A DNA stretch of 64,000 bases, from contig JBBIOB010000008.1 in NCBI GenBank assembly GCA_037443565.1, positions 3,166-67,165 of the forward strand, written 5' to 3'. Under the pieces are notes generated by a model. That model saw nothing but the letters and a program-made list of their open reading frames with translations, was not told the DNA's origin and did not search any database. This DNA comes from Armatimonadota bacterium. GTDB taxonomy: Bacteria > Sysuimicrobiota > Sysuimicrobiia > Sysuimicrobiales > Humicultoraceae. Both the position numbers and the translations under genes were made by a program. Shown here piece after piece: positions 1-9,554 of this stretch; within the stretch, counting starts at the first letter, position 1, and each line of letters opens with the position of its first letter.

Positions 1-908
1 TCCTCAATCAAGCGCCGCGCCTCGGCGGCGTCCACCTCTGGAACCCCGGCAGCCTCGACAGCCGCCGGCGCATGCTGCCGTCCCGGCAGTCCGCAGAAGG
101 CATCATAGTCGATGAGCTGCGTGATCGTCGGCTGATCACCGCACACCGGGCAGGCCGGGTTGCGCTGCCAGCGCAGCGTTCGCACTTCACCGCTTGACGC
201 GTCCATCATGAGCAGGCGGTTCGCGAGCGTCTGGCCTACACCCAGCAGGATCTTGACCGCCTCGACCGCCTGCAGGGATCCCATGAACCCGGCCACCGCG
301 CCGATGATCCCGCCCTCGGCGCACGACGGCACCGAACCCGGGGGCGGCGGGGTGGGGAACAGACAGCGGTAGCATCCCCGGCCCGGCAGGAACGCCGTCG
401 CTTGCCCCTCCCACTTCAGGATGCTCGCGTCGACCAGCGGCTTGCCCAGCAGCACACACGCGTCATTGACCAGATAGCGGGTGGGGAAGTTGTCGCTGCC
501 GTTTATGACCACGTCGTAGGACCCGATGATCTCGAAGGCGTTCTCCGAGGACAGCGTCGTCTGGTACGGCACCACCGTCACGTCGGGGTTTGTGTCCTCG
601 AGCGTCCGGCGCGCGGACTGCGTCTTCGGCCGGCCGATGTCGTGGGTGAAGTGGAGGATCTGCCGGTGGAGGTTCGATAGCTCGACCCGGTCGCCGTCCA
701 CGATCCCCAGCGTGCCCACCCCGGCCGCGGCCAGGTACAGCGAGACCGGCGAGCCCAACCCGCCCGCACCGACGACCAGCGCCTTGCTGTCGAGCAGGCG
801 GCGCTGGCCGTCCACGCCGACCTCTTCGAGGATGACCTGGCGGGAGTAGCGGGTGAGCTGTTCCTTGCTGAGCAGCGGCGCCGCCGGGCGCCGGGTGTCC
901 ACGGCCAT
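1..908 (-). CDS. ThiF/MoeB-family sulfur-carrier adenylyltransferase, with the start of a C-terminal rhodanese-like extension; the 3' end runs off the window
   Basis: Absent from the ORF track because it runs off the edge. My translation from the ATG at 908: [83 protein letters not shown]... It contains a Rossmann GxGxxG motif, ...PSCAEGGIIGAVAG..., and a CPVCG motif near the end. Confidence 0.85.
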   Translation of the reverse strand, partial: MAVDTRRPAAPLLSKEQLTRYSRQVILEEVGVDGQRRLLDSKALVVGAGGLGSPVSLYLAAAGVGTLGIVDGDRVELSNLHRQILHFTHDIGRPKTQSARRTLEDTNPDVTVVPYQTTLSSENAFEIIGSYDVVINGSDNFPTRYLVNDACVLLGKPLVDASILKWEGQATAFLPGRGCYRCLFPTPPPPGSVPSCAEGGIIGAVAGFMGSLQAVEAVKILLGVGQTLANRLLMMDASSGEVRTLRWQRNPACPVCGDQPTITQLIDYDAFCGLPGRQHAPAAVEAAGVPEVDAAEARRLIE

Positions 909-931
909 GCGAATCCCCCTAATAGACCACG

Positions 932-952
932 ACGGTCTGGCGTCCAGACCGT
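932..952. promoter_or_regulatory. Perfect 9-bp inverted repeat with a 3-bp spacer (ACGGTCTGG-CGT-CCAGACCGT) in a divergent promoter region; candidate operator
   Basis: Read directly. It lies 24-44 nt upstream of the adenylyltransferase ATG (908), between divergent genes. An extra AGACC half-site at 924-928 overlaps it. Confidence 0.4.
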
Positions 953-1121
953 ATTCCTAAGGTGCCATGGGACGCCCGGGGTGTCAACAAACGGCCGACG
1001 GATGATGCGGGCGCCCCGGGCAGGAAACAGCGCCCCGGCATGCGATATCATGGGCGCAGTGCCGGGGCGGCCGCGCCCTGGCGGCACCACGCAGGCGCAG
1101 CGAGGAGCGAGGAGGCGGGAG

Positions 1122-2201
1122 ATGGACCAGGTGTACGATATCACGATCATCGGGGGCGGCCCGTCTGGGCTCTTCGCAGCCTACTACGCTGGGTTCCGCG
1201 GTCTGACCGTGAAGATCGTGGACAGCCAGCCCGACCTGGGTGGGCAGATCACCGCCCTCTACCCCGACAAGTACATCTATGACGTCGCCGGGTTTCCCAG
1301 GGTCCTGGGGAAGGACCTGGTGGCGAACTTGGTCGAGCAGGCGATGCAGTACGAGCCCGATGTCGCGCTCCACGAGGAGATCCGCACGTTCGAACGGCTG
1401 GCCGATGGCTCGTTCCGGTTCGTGAGCACGAGCGGCGAACACCGCGCGAAGGTCGTGCTGATCACCGCGGGCATCGGCGCCTTCACCCCCAAGACCTATG
1501 GGCGGCCCGAGATCGACCGATACCTGGACCGCGGGCTCGCCTACGCGGTCCGCCGGAAGGAGGATTATCGGAACAAGCAGGTCCTCGTAGTCGGCGGCGG
1601 CGACAGCGCGCTCGATTGGACGCTCGACCTGGTGCCAGTCGCGCGCCACGTGACCCTCATCCACCGGCGCGACACGTTCCGGGCGCACGTCAACAGCGTG
1701 AAGAAGCTCCACGCCTCGCCGGCCGAGGTGAAGGTGTTCTACGAGCTCAAGGCCCTCAGCGGCGATGGGGCCGTGCGCGAAGCGGTGATCGTGAACAACC
1801 AGACGCAGCAGGAAGAGGTACTCCGGGTGGATGCCGTCCTGGCGTTCCTGGGCCTGGTCAGCAACCTCGGGGCCATCGCGACGTGGGGGCTGGAGCTGCA
1901 CGGCGATGCGATCCTGGTCAACACGCGCATGGAGACCAACATCCCGGGCATCTACGCGGCCGGCGATGTGGTGGAGTATCCGGGGAAGCTCAAGCTCATC
2001 GTGACCGGCTTCGGCGAGGCGGCCACGGCGGTCAACAACGCGGCCCACCACATCAACCCCGAGGCCTCGCTGTTCCCCGGGCACTCCTCGGCGATCATGG
2101 AGAAGAAGGAGAAGGCCGCGCGCGGTACCCCCGCACCGCCTGCGCCTGCACGTCGGCGCGGTACGACGACCGCACCAGCGGACCGGCCTCGACGTACATG
2201 A
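1122..2201 (+). CDS. Ferredoxin-NADP+ reductase, thioredoxin-reductase-like type (YumC-like)
   Basis: The ORF 981..2201 was trimmed to the ATG at 1122, which is preceded by GGAGGCGGGAG. N-terminus [24 protein letters not shown] (FAD GxGxxG), a second [11 protein letters not shown] dinucleotide motif, and a C-terminal ...FPGHSS motif. Confidence 0.85.
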   Translation: MDQVYDITIIGGGPSGLFAAYYAGFRGLTVKIVDSQPDLGGQITALYPDKYIYDVAGFPRVLGKDLVANLVEQAMQYEPDVALHEEIRTFERLADGSFRFVSTSGEHRAKVVLITAGIGAFTPKTYGRPEIDRYLDRGLAYAVRRKEDYRNKQVLVVGGGDSALDWTLDLVPVARHVTLIHRRDTFRAHVNSVKKLHASPAEVKVFYELKALSGDGAVREAVIVNNQTQQEEVLRVDAVLAFLGLVSNLGAIATWGLELHGDAILVNTRMETNIPGIYAAGDVVEYPGKLKLIVTGFGEAATAVNNAAHHINPEASLFPGHSSAIMEKKEKAARGTPAPPAPARRRGTTTAPADRPRRT

Positions 2202-2991
2202 AGCCCCGGCGCAGGCCCTCTTCGCGCAGCGCCGCGAACTCCTCGGGGGTGTAGTAGCGGGCGATCGGGTGGTGGTCGGCGCTCGGCCGCAGGTACTGCC
2301 CGAGCGTCAGCACATCGACGTCGACCGCCCGGAGGTCGTCCATCGTCTCCAGCACCTCATCGGTCGTCTCGCCCATCCCCAGGATGATGCCGCTCTTGGT
2401 GAACGAGGTGTACCCCCACTCCTTGGCCCGGCGCAGTAGCTCGATCGATCGGTCGTAGTTGCCGCCGCCCCGGACGACCTTGAAGACCCGAGGTGTGCTT
2501 TCGATGTTGTGCGCCAGGATCTCGGGATTGGCGTCGAGCACGACCCGCAGCGCGTCAGGATCGCCCTTGAAGTCGGGGATCAGCACCTCAACCGTGCACG
2601 AGGGCAGCCGCCGGTGGATCTGGCGGATGGCCTCCGCGTAGATGCCTGCGCCGCCGTCTCTCTGGTCGTCGCGGTTGACCGAGGTGATCACCGCGTGGCG
2701 CAGCCCCATGGCGACCACGGCGTCGGCCACCCGCGCCGGCTCGTCCAGGTCGAGCTCGGTGGGCAGCCCGTGCGCGATCGCGCAGTAGCCGCAGGCGCGC
2801 GTGCACACGTTGCCGAGGATCAGGAAGGTGGCGGTGCGGCGTTCCCAGCACTCGCCGATGTTGGGGCAGCGCGCCTCCTCGCAGACGGTGTGCATCTGCT
2901 GCCCGCGCATGATCGCCTTGAGATCGACGTAGTTCTGGCCCCCGGGCAGGCGGACTTTCAGCCATCCGGGGCGCCGGGTGTCAACGGCCAT
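2095..2991 (-). CDS. lipA: Lipoyl synthase
   Basis: 298 aa. Radical-SAM CTRACGYC motif plus the N-terminal [12 protein letters not shown] auxiliary-cluster motif, and ...VRSSYRA near the C-terminus. The ATG at 2991 overlaps the E2 stop by 11 nt. Confidence 0.95.
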   Translation of the reverse strand: MAVDTRRPGWLKVRLPGGQNYVDLKAIMRGQQMHTVCEEARCPNIGECWERRTATFLILGNVCTRACGYCAIAHGLPTELDLDEPARVADAVVAMGLRHAVITSVNRDDQRDGGAGIYAEAIRQIHRRLPSCTVEVLIPDFKGDPDALRVVLDANPEILAHNIESTPRVFKVVRGGGNYDRSIELLRRAKEWGYTSFTKSGIILGMGETTDEVLETMDDLRAVDVDVLTLGQYLRPSADHHPIARYYTPEEFAALREEGLRRGFMYVEAGPLVRSSYRADVQAQAVRGYRARPSPSSP

Positions 2992-4219
2992 CGCGAAACC
3001 CCTCGAACCATCCCTTCAGGTGATTCAGAAACTGCACCGCCGTCGCGCCGTCGAAGATCCGGTGGTCGAACGACAGGCCCAGGTGCATCATCGGCCGGAT
3101 CGCGATGGCATCGTCGCGCACAACCGCGCGCTTGACGATCGCGTCGGTGGCGAGGATGGCGGCCTGCCCGGGCACGACGATCGGCATGGACCAGATCGAG
3201 CCGAAGACCCCGGGGTTGGTGATGGTGAACGTGCCGCCCTGGATGTCGGCCAGGACCAGTCGGCCCGCCCGCGCACGGCCCGTCAGGTCGTCGAGCGCCC
3301 TGGCGACGCCGGCCAGGCTCAACCGGTCCGCATCGTGAATCACCGGCACGACGAGGCCCTCGTCCGCGGCGATACCGATGCCGATGTTGACTGCCCGCCG
3401 CATGATCACCCCGTCCTCGCTCCACGACGAGTTCACGATCGGATACGCCCGCAGCGCTTCGCAGGCGGCGGCCACGAAGAATGCGGTGTAGGTCAGCGGA
3501 ACCCCTTCGCGCGCGCGCCAGGCCTCCTTGTGTGCCTCGCGCCAGGTGACCACGGCGCGCATGTCCGTCTCGATGACCCCGTACGCGTGCGGAATCTCCC
3601 GCTTGCTCTGCGCCATCCGCTGCGCGATGGCGCGGCGGACCGGCGAGAGCTTCACTACGTCATCCCCCGACCGTGGCGCGACGAGGGGTGTCGGCTCCGT
3701 GTGCGCCCCGACGCGGTCCCGGTCGGCCACATAGTGCAGGATGTCCTCTTTGGTGATCCGGCCTCCGGCTCCGGATCCCCGCAGAGTCTCGAGCACGTGG
3801 TGGGGAATCCGGTGTTCCTCTGCCAGCCGGCGCACGAGAGGCGACAGCCTGACCCCTCGCACGGCGGCCGGGGGCGCCGCGCCAGCGTCCGCCGCGGCCA
3901 CGGGCCGCCCGGCCGCTGGCTCCGTGGTCGCCGGCTGGTCGGCCGCGGGCGCCTCGCTCGATCCCGCCGGCCCCTCGGGCACCGCGACATCGATGAGGGC
4001 GATCGGCGCGCCGACCGGTCGCGTCTCGCCCTCGGAGGCCAGCAGTTCGACCAGCACGCCGCCGAGCGGGGAGGGCATCTCCACGTTGACCTTGTCCGTC
4101 GTGATCTCGGCAAGCGGCTCGTACTTCTCGATCGAATCGCCGGGCTTCTTCAGCCACCTGGCGATCGTGCCTTCGTGGATGCTCTCCCCAAGCTGGGGGA
4201 GCTTGATCTCGACCGGCAT
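2981..4219 (-). CDS. Dihydrolipoamide acyltransferase (E2) of a branched-chain-type 2-oxoacid dehydrogenase complex
   Basis: ORF trimmed to the ATG at 4219, which has a GGAGG upstream. [28 protein letters not shown]...[13 protein letters not shown] (lipoyl domain), an Ala/Pro linker, an [11 protein letters not shown] subunit-binding domain, and a catalytic ...[10 protein letters not shown] motif. Confidence 0.9.
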   Translation of the reverse strand: MPVEIKLPQLGESIHEGTIARWLKKPGDSIEKYEPLAEITTDKVNVEMPSPLGGVLVELLASEGETRPVGAPIALIDVAVPEGPAGSSEAPAADQPATTEPAAGRPVAAADAGAAPPAAVRGVRLSPLVRRLAEEHRIPHHVLETLRGSGAGGRITKEDILHYVADRDRVGAHTEPTPLVAPRSGDDVVKLSPVRRAIAQRMAQSKREIPHAYGVIETDMRAVVTWREAHKEAWRAREGVPLTYTAFFVAAACEALRAYPIVNSSWSEDGVIMRRAVNIGIGIAADEGLVVPVIHDADRLSLAGVARALDDLTGRARAGRLVLADIQGGTFTITNPGVFGSIWSMPIVVPGQAAILATDAIVKRAVVRDDAIAIRPMMHLGLSFDHRIFDGATAVQFLNHLKGWFEGFRDGR

Positions 4220-4229
4220 AGCCTCCCTC

Positions 4230-5210
4230 TCAGTATGCCGCCAGCCGCCGCACCGCGTCGGCAATCTTCGTGGACGTGGGCATGAAGGCGGCCGCCAGGC
4301 TGTCGGCGTATGGGACCGCCGGCACATCGAGGCCCGCGACGCGGAGGATGGGCCCGTCCAGGGCGTCGAACGCCTCTTCGGCGATGAGGGCCGCGACCTC
4401 GGCCCCATAGCCGAGAAACCGGTTGTCCTCGTAGACGATCATCGCCTTGCTGGTCTTCCGCACCGACGCCAGGATGGTCTGGACGTCGAGCGGCCGGAGT
4501 GTGCGTAGGTCCACCACCTCGGCGTCGATGCCCTCCGTGACGACCTCCTCGGCGGCGCGCAGCGCCTCGTGGAGCATCATCCCGTAGGCGAACAGCGACA
4601 GCGTGCTCCCCGGTCGCCGGACCACCGCCGGGCCGATGGGGACCACGTAGTCGTCGTCGGGCACGTCGCCCCTGACCAACCGGTACAGCCGCTTGTGCTC
4701 CAGGAAGAGCACCGGGTCGGGGTCACGGATGGCGGCCTTGAGCAGGCCCTTGGCGTCGTAGGCCGTGTACGGCGTGACCACCTTGAGCCCGGGGATGTGT
4801 GCGAAGGTCGCCTCGATGCTCTGCGAGTGGTACAGCCCGCCGTGCACCTCGACCCCGCCTCCGTACGGCGCCCGGATGGTGATCGGGCAGCCGAACGTGC
4901 CGTTGCTCCGGTAGCGGATCCGCGCCGCCTCGCTGACGATCTGGTTGTACGCCGGGTGGATGAAGTCCGAGAACTGGATCTCCGCGATAGGGATCAGCCC
5001 GTTGGCCGCCATGCCGATCGCGGCGCCGACGATGGACGACTCGGCCAGCGGGGTATCGAGTACCCGAGCCTCGCCAAACTCCGCGTAGAACCCGTCGGTG
5101 CAGCCGAACACGCCGCCTTTCAGCCCCACATCCTCGCCAAGCACGAGCACCCGCTCGTCTCGGCGCATCTCCTCGTACATGGCGAGGCGGATCGCGTCGA
5201 TGTAGCGCAT
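4230..5210 (-). CDS. 2-oxoacid dehydrogenase E1 beta subunit
   Basis: ORF trimmed to the ATG at 5210 (an alternative GTG lies at 5219). MRYIDAIRLAMYEEMRRDERVLVLGEDVG...DTPLAESSIVGAAIGMA is typical of E1 beta. The substrate assignment is an inference. Confidence 0.9.
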   Translation of the reverse strand: MRYIDAIRLAMYEEMRRDERVLVLGEDVGLKGGVFGCTDGFYAEFGEARVLDTPLAESSIVGAAIGMAANGLIPIAEIQFSDFIHPAYNQIVSEAARIRYRSNGTFGCPITIRAPYGGGVEVHGGLYHSQSIEATFAHIPGLKVVTPYTAYDAKGLLKAAIRDPDPVLFLEHKRLYRLVRGDVPDDDYVVPIGPAVVRRPGSTLSLFAYGMMLHEALRAAEEVVTEGIDAEVVDLRTLRPLDVQTILASVRKTSKAMIVYEDNRFLGYGAEVAALIAEEAFDALDGPILRVAGLDVPAVPYADSLAAAFMPTSTKIADAVRRLAAY

Positions 5211-5224
5211 CTCAGCCACGGCCC

Positions 5225-6241
5225 CTACCCCTCGAAGAACACGTGGCGCGTCACCGTGGCGGGGTCGGGCGCCGGCCGCGACTCCGCGTAGTCGGTGGCA
5301 TCGGTGACCGCGTCCTTGATCCGGCCGTGGATCTCGGTGTACCGCGCTTCGTCGAGGAGGCCGATCTGTTCCAGGTAGTGCTTGAACACGACCAGCGGGT
5401 CCTTGCTGCGCGCGGCTTCGATGTCGCTGGTCTGCCGGTACTTCTCCTGACGGTCCTCCGAGGAGTGCGCCGTCAGCCGCTCCACCCGGCACTCGATGAG
5501 CGTCGGGCCTTCACCGGTCCGCGCCCGGCGCACGGCCTCGCGGGCGGCGCCGTAGACCTCGAGGACGTCGGACCCATCCACCGAGACGCCCGGGAATCCA
5601 TAGCCCGGAGCGCGCACCGCGACGCCGTCGGTGGCCATCTGGAGCCGCGTGGGCACGGAGATCGCGAACCGGTTGTTCTCGACCATGAAGACCACAGGCA
5701 GCCGATGGATACCGGCCAGATTCATCGCCTCGTGCCAGTCCCCCTGGCTGGTGCTACCCTCCCCAATGGACGTCACGGCGATCTCGCCGGTCCCGCGTAC
5801 CCTGGCGGCGTACGCGATGCCCACCGCGTGCAGGTACTGCGTGGCGACCGGACTGCTCGTCGTGAAGATGCGGTGTCCGGCGTGCGCCCAGTGCGCCGGC
5901 ATCTGACGGCCTCCGCTGGACGGGTCTCCCTCCCGCGCAAAGAGCCCGAGCATCAGGTCGCGCGGCGTCATCCCCTTGACCAGACACGCCGCCAGCGACC
6001 GGTAGTAGGGCACGAGCCAGTCGCGGCCCCGGTCGATCGCCCACATCACGGCCACCTGCGCGCCCTCATGCCCCTGCCCGGAGATCACGAACGGCACGAG
6101 GCCGGCCCGCTGCAGCACCCACATCCGCTCGTCGATCGCGCGGGCCAGAGCCAGATAGTAGTACATGTCGAGGAGATCGCTGGGGCCAAGCCCCAGCGCG
6201 TCGTGTCGCGCCGGCTGCACCCTGGTGTCTCGCACGGCCAT
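5225..6241 (-). CDS. 2-oxoacid dehydrogenase E1 alpha subunit (ThDP-binding)
   Basis: 338 aa. ...GEGSTSQGDWHEAMNLAGIHRLPVVFMVENN is the ThDP motif. ATG at 6241 with GGAGGGGGG upstream. Confidence 0.9.
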   Translation of the reverse strand: MAVRDTRVQPARHDALGLGPSDLLDMYYYLALARAIDERMWVLQRAGLVPFVISGQGHEGAQVAVMWAIDRGRDWLVPYYRSLAACLVKGMTPRDLMLGLFAREGDPSSGGRQMPAHWAHAGHRIFTTSSPVATQYLHAVGIAYAARVRGTGEIAVTSIGEGSTSQGDWHEAMNLAGIHRLPVVFMVENNRFAISVPTRLQMATDGVAVRAPGYGFPGVSVDGSDVLEVYGAAREAVRRARTGEGPTLIECRVERLTAHSSEDRQEKYRQTSDIEAARSKDPLVVFKHYLEQIGLLDEARYTEIHGRIKDAVTDATDYAESRPAPDPATVTRHVFFEG

Positions 6242-6294
6242 CGATCCCCGCCCCCCTCCGGAGAGATCCGGCTCTTGAGACGTTCGTCTGCGTT

Positions 6295-7692
6295 CTATAT
6301 GTGCAGGACTCTCCCCAAGGCGTCAAGCACAGCCTCGCGCACAGCCTCGGACAACGTGGGATGCGCGTGTACCGCAAGGCCCAGCTCCGCTGCGGTGCCC
6401 TCGAGGAACTTCGCGACCACCCCTTCGGTCAGCAGCTCGGTCACGGCCGGCCCCAGCATGTGGATGCCCAGGATCTCTCCGGTCCGCGCCTCGGTGACGA
6501 CCTTCACAAACCCGTCGCGCTCACCCTCGATAGACGCCTTCGTGTTTGCCGAGAAGGGAAACCGCCCGACCTTGACGGTGTAGCCTTGCTCGACCGCCTG
6601 CTGCTCGGAAAGTCCCAAGGTCGCGACCTGGGGAATCGTAAACGTGGGCCTCGGGACCGTCAGGTAGTCCAACGGGGTGGTCTCGACGCCGGCCATGGCC
6701 TCCACCACATGGATCGCCTCGTGCGAGGCCACGTGCGCCAGGCGCCAGGGCTTGCCGATCACGTCGCCGACGGCGAAGATGCCCGGGACCGTCGTCTGGA
6801 ACTGTGGGTCGACCTGCACCGCGCCGCCCTCGACGGCGACGCCGACGGCGTCCAGCCCAAGCCCGTCGATGAGCGGACCGCGGCCGACCGCCACCAGCAG
6901 GTACTCCGCTTCTACCGTCAGCGTCTCCTCGCCGCGCTCCACGGACAGCGCCACGCCGTCCGCACCGACCGTCACGGCTCGAGCCGTTGCGCCCGGATAG
7001 ACCCTCATGCCCTTGCGCGTGAAGACGCGCTCGAGCGCCTTGCCGATCTCCTGGTCCTCCAACGGCAGGAGGGTCGGCAGCATCTCGATGACCGTCACCT
7101 CGCTGCCGAGCGCGCGGAAGAGGCTGGCGAACTCCACGCCCACGGCCCCCCCGCCGAGGATGGCAATGGAGGTGGGGAGGTCGGACAGCGCCAGCGCGCC
7201 GGTGCTGTCGAGGACCCGGGCGTTGTCGATGGTCACGCCCGGGATGGTGCGGGGCCTGGAACCGGTCGCGATCAGCGTGTGCCTGGTCTCGAGCTCGGTC
7301 TGCGATCCATCGTTCAGCGCGACGCTCACGCGCGCGCGGCCCAGCAGGCGGCCCGCGCCCTCGAAGACGTCGATCTTGTGCTTGCGCATGAGGTACTGGA
7401 CCCCGCGGTGGCCCTTCTCGACCACCTGGGCCTTGCGCGCCTGCATCCGCGCGAAGTCGACCCGCACCGGACCGGTCTCGACGCCGATGGTCGCGGCGTC
7501 CTTGAGGCGCTCCACGAGCTCGGCAGCGTGGAGCAGCGCCTTGGTCGGGACACACCCGACGTGCGTGCAGACGCCTCCGAGCTTGTCACGCTCGACCACC
7601 GCGGTCCGCAGGCCCAACTGCGCGGCGCGGATCGCACCGACGTATCCGGCGGGTCCTCCGCCGATGATCACCAGGTCATACGGAGACGGCAC
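6295..7692 (-). CDS. lpdA: Dihydrolipoyl dehydrogenase (E3)
   Basis: 465 aa, GTG start with GGGAGG upstream. DLVIIGGGPAGY FAD motif, GGVCTHVGCVPTK redox-active disulfide, and a C-terminal HAHPTLSE motif. Confidence 0.95.
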   Translation of the reverse strand: MPSPYDLVIIGGGPAGYVGAIRAAQLGLRTAVVERDKLGGVCTHVGCVPTKALLHAAELVERLKDAATIGVETGPVRVDFARMQARKAQVVEKGHRGVQYLMRKHKIDVFEGAGRLLGRARVSVALNDGSQTELETRHTLIATGSRPRTIPGVTIDNARVLDSTGALALSDLPTSIAILGGGAVGVEFASLFRALGSEVTVIEMLPTLLPLEDQEIGKALERVFTRKGMRVYPGATARAVTVGADGVALSVERGEETLTVEAEYLLVAVGRGPLIDGLGLDAVGVAVEGGAVQVDPQFQTTVPGIFAVGDVIGKPWRLAHVASHEAIHVVEAMAGVETTPLDYLTVPRPTFTIPQVATLGLSEQQAVEQGYTVKVGRFPFSANTKASIEGERDGFVKVVTEARTGEILGIHMLGPAVTELLTEGVVAKFLEGTAAELGLAVHAHPTLSEAVREAVLDALGRVLHI

Positions 7693-7776
7693 CTCGACCT
7701 CCCTGGGCGGTCACGATCCGGCATGGGCTGTGAGGTCACGCGTGCGCGCGACGAAGGATTCCCATGGGTGTGGAGT

Positions 7777-7818
7777 GGGGCATGCGCCCCGATGAGGTTC
7801 GGGGCACGCGCCGGCCCC
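7777..7818 (-). terminator. Two short GC hairpins (GGGGC-ATGC-GCCCC and GGGGC-N8-GCCCC) downstream of the molybdoenzyme gene; possible terminator
   Basis: Read directly. There is no U-tract, so this is weak. Confidence 0.25.
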
Positions 7819-7833
7819 TCCTGCCCGCCGCGA

Positions 7834-9420
7834 CTACCGCCGCACACGGACGCGGATCGTGTGATGCCCCGTGGCACCGTCAGGTAGCGGCGGCGATTCG
7901 CGGGCCGTCTGGGTCACCCCGGTGCCGTCCTGCGCGCGTACCTTGAGCGCGTATTCCCCGGGAGCCGCCGGCTTCCAGATCGCGGCCCAGAGCACCCAGG
8001 TGTGCGGACCCAAGGCCGGCTTGACCTCGGCCTTCGACCAGGTCCTGCCGCCGTCGGTGCTGACCTCGACCACGGTGATGCCGCGGTCGCCGCTGTACGC
8101 CCACCCGCCCAGCTCGACCTCGCCCAGCGGAACACCCCCGGCGGGCGTGGTGAACGCCGACATGGTCTGCACGACCGCCTCGTCGCTCCAGCCCGAGGCC
8201 TGCCAGTACCCGGTGAAGTGGGTGGAGACGGCCTCGATCCGCGTGAGCCACTTCGGGTTCTTCATCCCGAACAGGCCGGGAATCAGCATCCGTACCGGAA
8301 AGCCGTGCTCGGGCGGCAGCGGCTCGCCGTTCATCTCGTAGGCCAGCATCACCTCGGACTGCATCGCGTCGGCGACAGGGATGCCCTCGCTGTACCCATC
8401 GGCGCAGCGCAGCGCGAAGCGGACCGCCCGCGGGTTGACCCCGCCGGCCCGCGCGATCAGGTCGCGAAACCGCACGCCCTTCCACATGGCGTTGCCGATG
8501 AGGTCGCCGCCGACCTCGTTGCTGATGCACTCCAGCGTGTGGTACCGCGAGAACGAGGGCATCGCTTTGATCTCGTCATAGGTCAGCCTGACGGGACGGC
8601 TCACGAGCCCGGAAATCTCCAGGCTCCATCTCGCGGCGTCGAGGCGTGGGTCGAGGCCGGCCGCGTTCTTGCTGATCACGTAGAACTGGCTGTTGGGCGT
8701 GATCTCCGGGGGCAGGCCCTGCACGCGCTGGAAGATCGCCGGCACGGCGGCCGCGGCCTGGGCGGCGACCGTCCGCGTCCACTGCCACAGCGCGCCGACT
8801 CCGGTCCACGCTGCCGCGAGGACTACCGAGCGGGCCATGAACTCGCGGCGGTCCACGCCCCCGGCGGCGGCCTCCGGCGCGCCCGTGGAACTCTGGGGTA
8901 CGGCGGAGGCGCCTGCCGGCGGGCGCCGCAGGGGAAGCAGGCGCAACCCCAGGACGAAGGCCAGCCCGGCCAGAGCCGCATGGCCGGCGATGGCGCCGGC
9001 CAGCAGGCGCAGGGCCTGCGCCTCGGGGTGATCGGCTCCCTGCGCACCCAGGATCGCCTCCAGGTACTGCAGCGCTGGACGTCCGGCGACTGCCGCCAGC
9101 CCCACGCCCGCGGCAATCGCCGCGCCGAGCCCCATCGTCACGGGGTGACGGGACCGCGCGCCCCAGAGTCCGCCGAAGGCGGCGGCGACGAGCGCGACCG
9201 CCGCCATGCTGGTCCAGAGGCCCACCGGCTTGGCGGCGAACTTCAGCCGCACGATGAGGAAGCTCATGACCTCCAGCGGTAGCAGGCCACGCGCCCGCTC
9301 GGCGATCCCCGCCGCCAGCACGAGGCCCGCGGGCAGCACGTTGGCGACCATGACGGCCGCAAGCACCGCGCCGGCGAACCCTCCGACCACCGCCGCGCGC
9401 CACGAAAGGGCCTGCTGCAT
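7834..9420 (-). CDS. Sulfite-oxidase-family molybdopterin oxidoreductase with an N-terminal polytopic membrane domain
   Basis: ORF trimmed to the ATG at 9420 (GGGGGAG upstream). About 230 aa of hydrophobic helices is followed by DRREFMARSVVLAAAW (twin-arginine-like). The SO/YedY catalytic core then follows: ...YHTLECISNEVGG...GFPVRMLIPGLFGMKNPKWL... plus an Ig-like C-terminal domain. Confidence 0.8.
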   Translation of the reverse strand: MQQALSWRAAVVGGFAGAVLAAVMVANVLPAGLVLAAGIAERARGLLPLEVMSFLIVRLKFAAKPVGLWTSMAAVALVAAAFGGLWGARSRHPVTMGLGAAIAAGVGLAAVAGRPALQYLEAILGAQGADHPEAQALRLLAGAIAGHAALAGLAFVLGLRLLPLRRPPAGASAVPQSSTGAPEAAAGGVDRREFMARSVVLAAAWTGVGALWQWTRTVAAQAAAAVPAIFQRVQGLPPEITPNSQFYVISKNAAGLDPRLDAARWSLEISGLVSRPVRLTYDEIKAMPSFSRYHTLECISNEVGGDLIGNAMWKGVRFRDLIARAGGVNPRAVRFALRCADGYSEGIPVADAMQSEVMLAYEMNGEPLPPEHGFPVRMLIPGLFGMKNPKWLTRIEAVSTHFTGYWQASGWSDEAVVQTMSAFTTPAGGVPLGEVELGGWAYSGDRGITVVEVSTDGGRTWSKAEVKPALGPHTWVLWAAIWKPAAPGEYALKVRAQDGTGVTQTARESPPLPDGATGHHTIRVRVRR

Positions 9421-9554
9421 GTGGTCTCCCCCCATTCGGCCGTTCACCAGACAAGAACCTCTCAGGGGGATGCAAAGATTCCGTGCGGGACCTCCCGGTG
9501 GGGACGGGAACGCGGCAGATCGGGGAGCCAGGGTTGCCCGGGGTCGATCGCAGA

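Noticed and set aside
8823-8870. Splitting the molybdoenzyme gene into a membrane-protein gene plus a Tat-exported enzyme gene at the internal GTG (GVDRREF)
   Set aside because: There is no stop codon or frameshift between the halves, and no well-spaced RBS before the GTG. It is kept as one ORF, with the internal start noted as a possibility.
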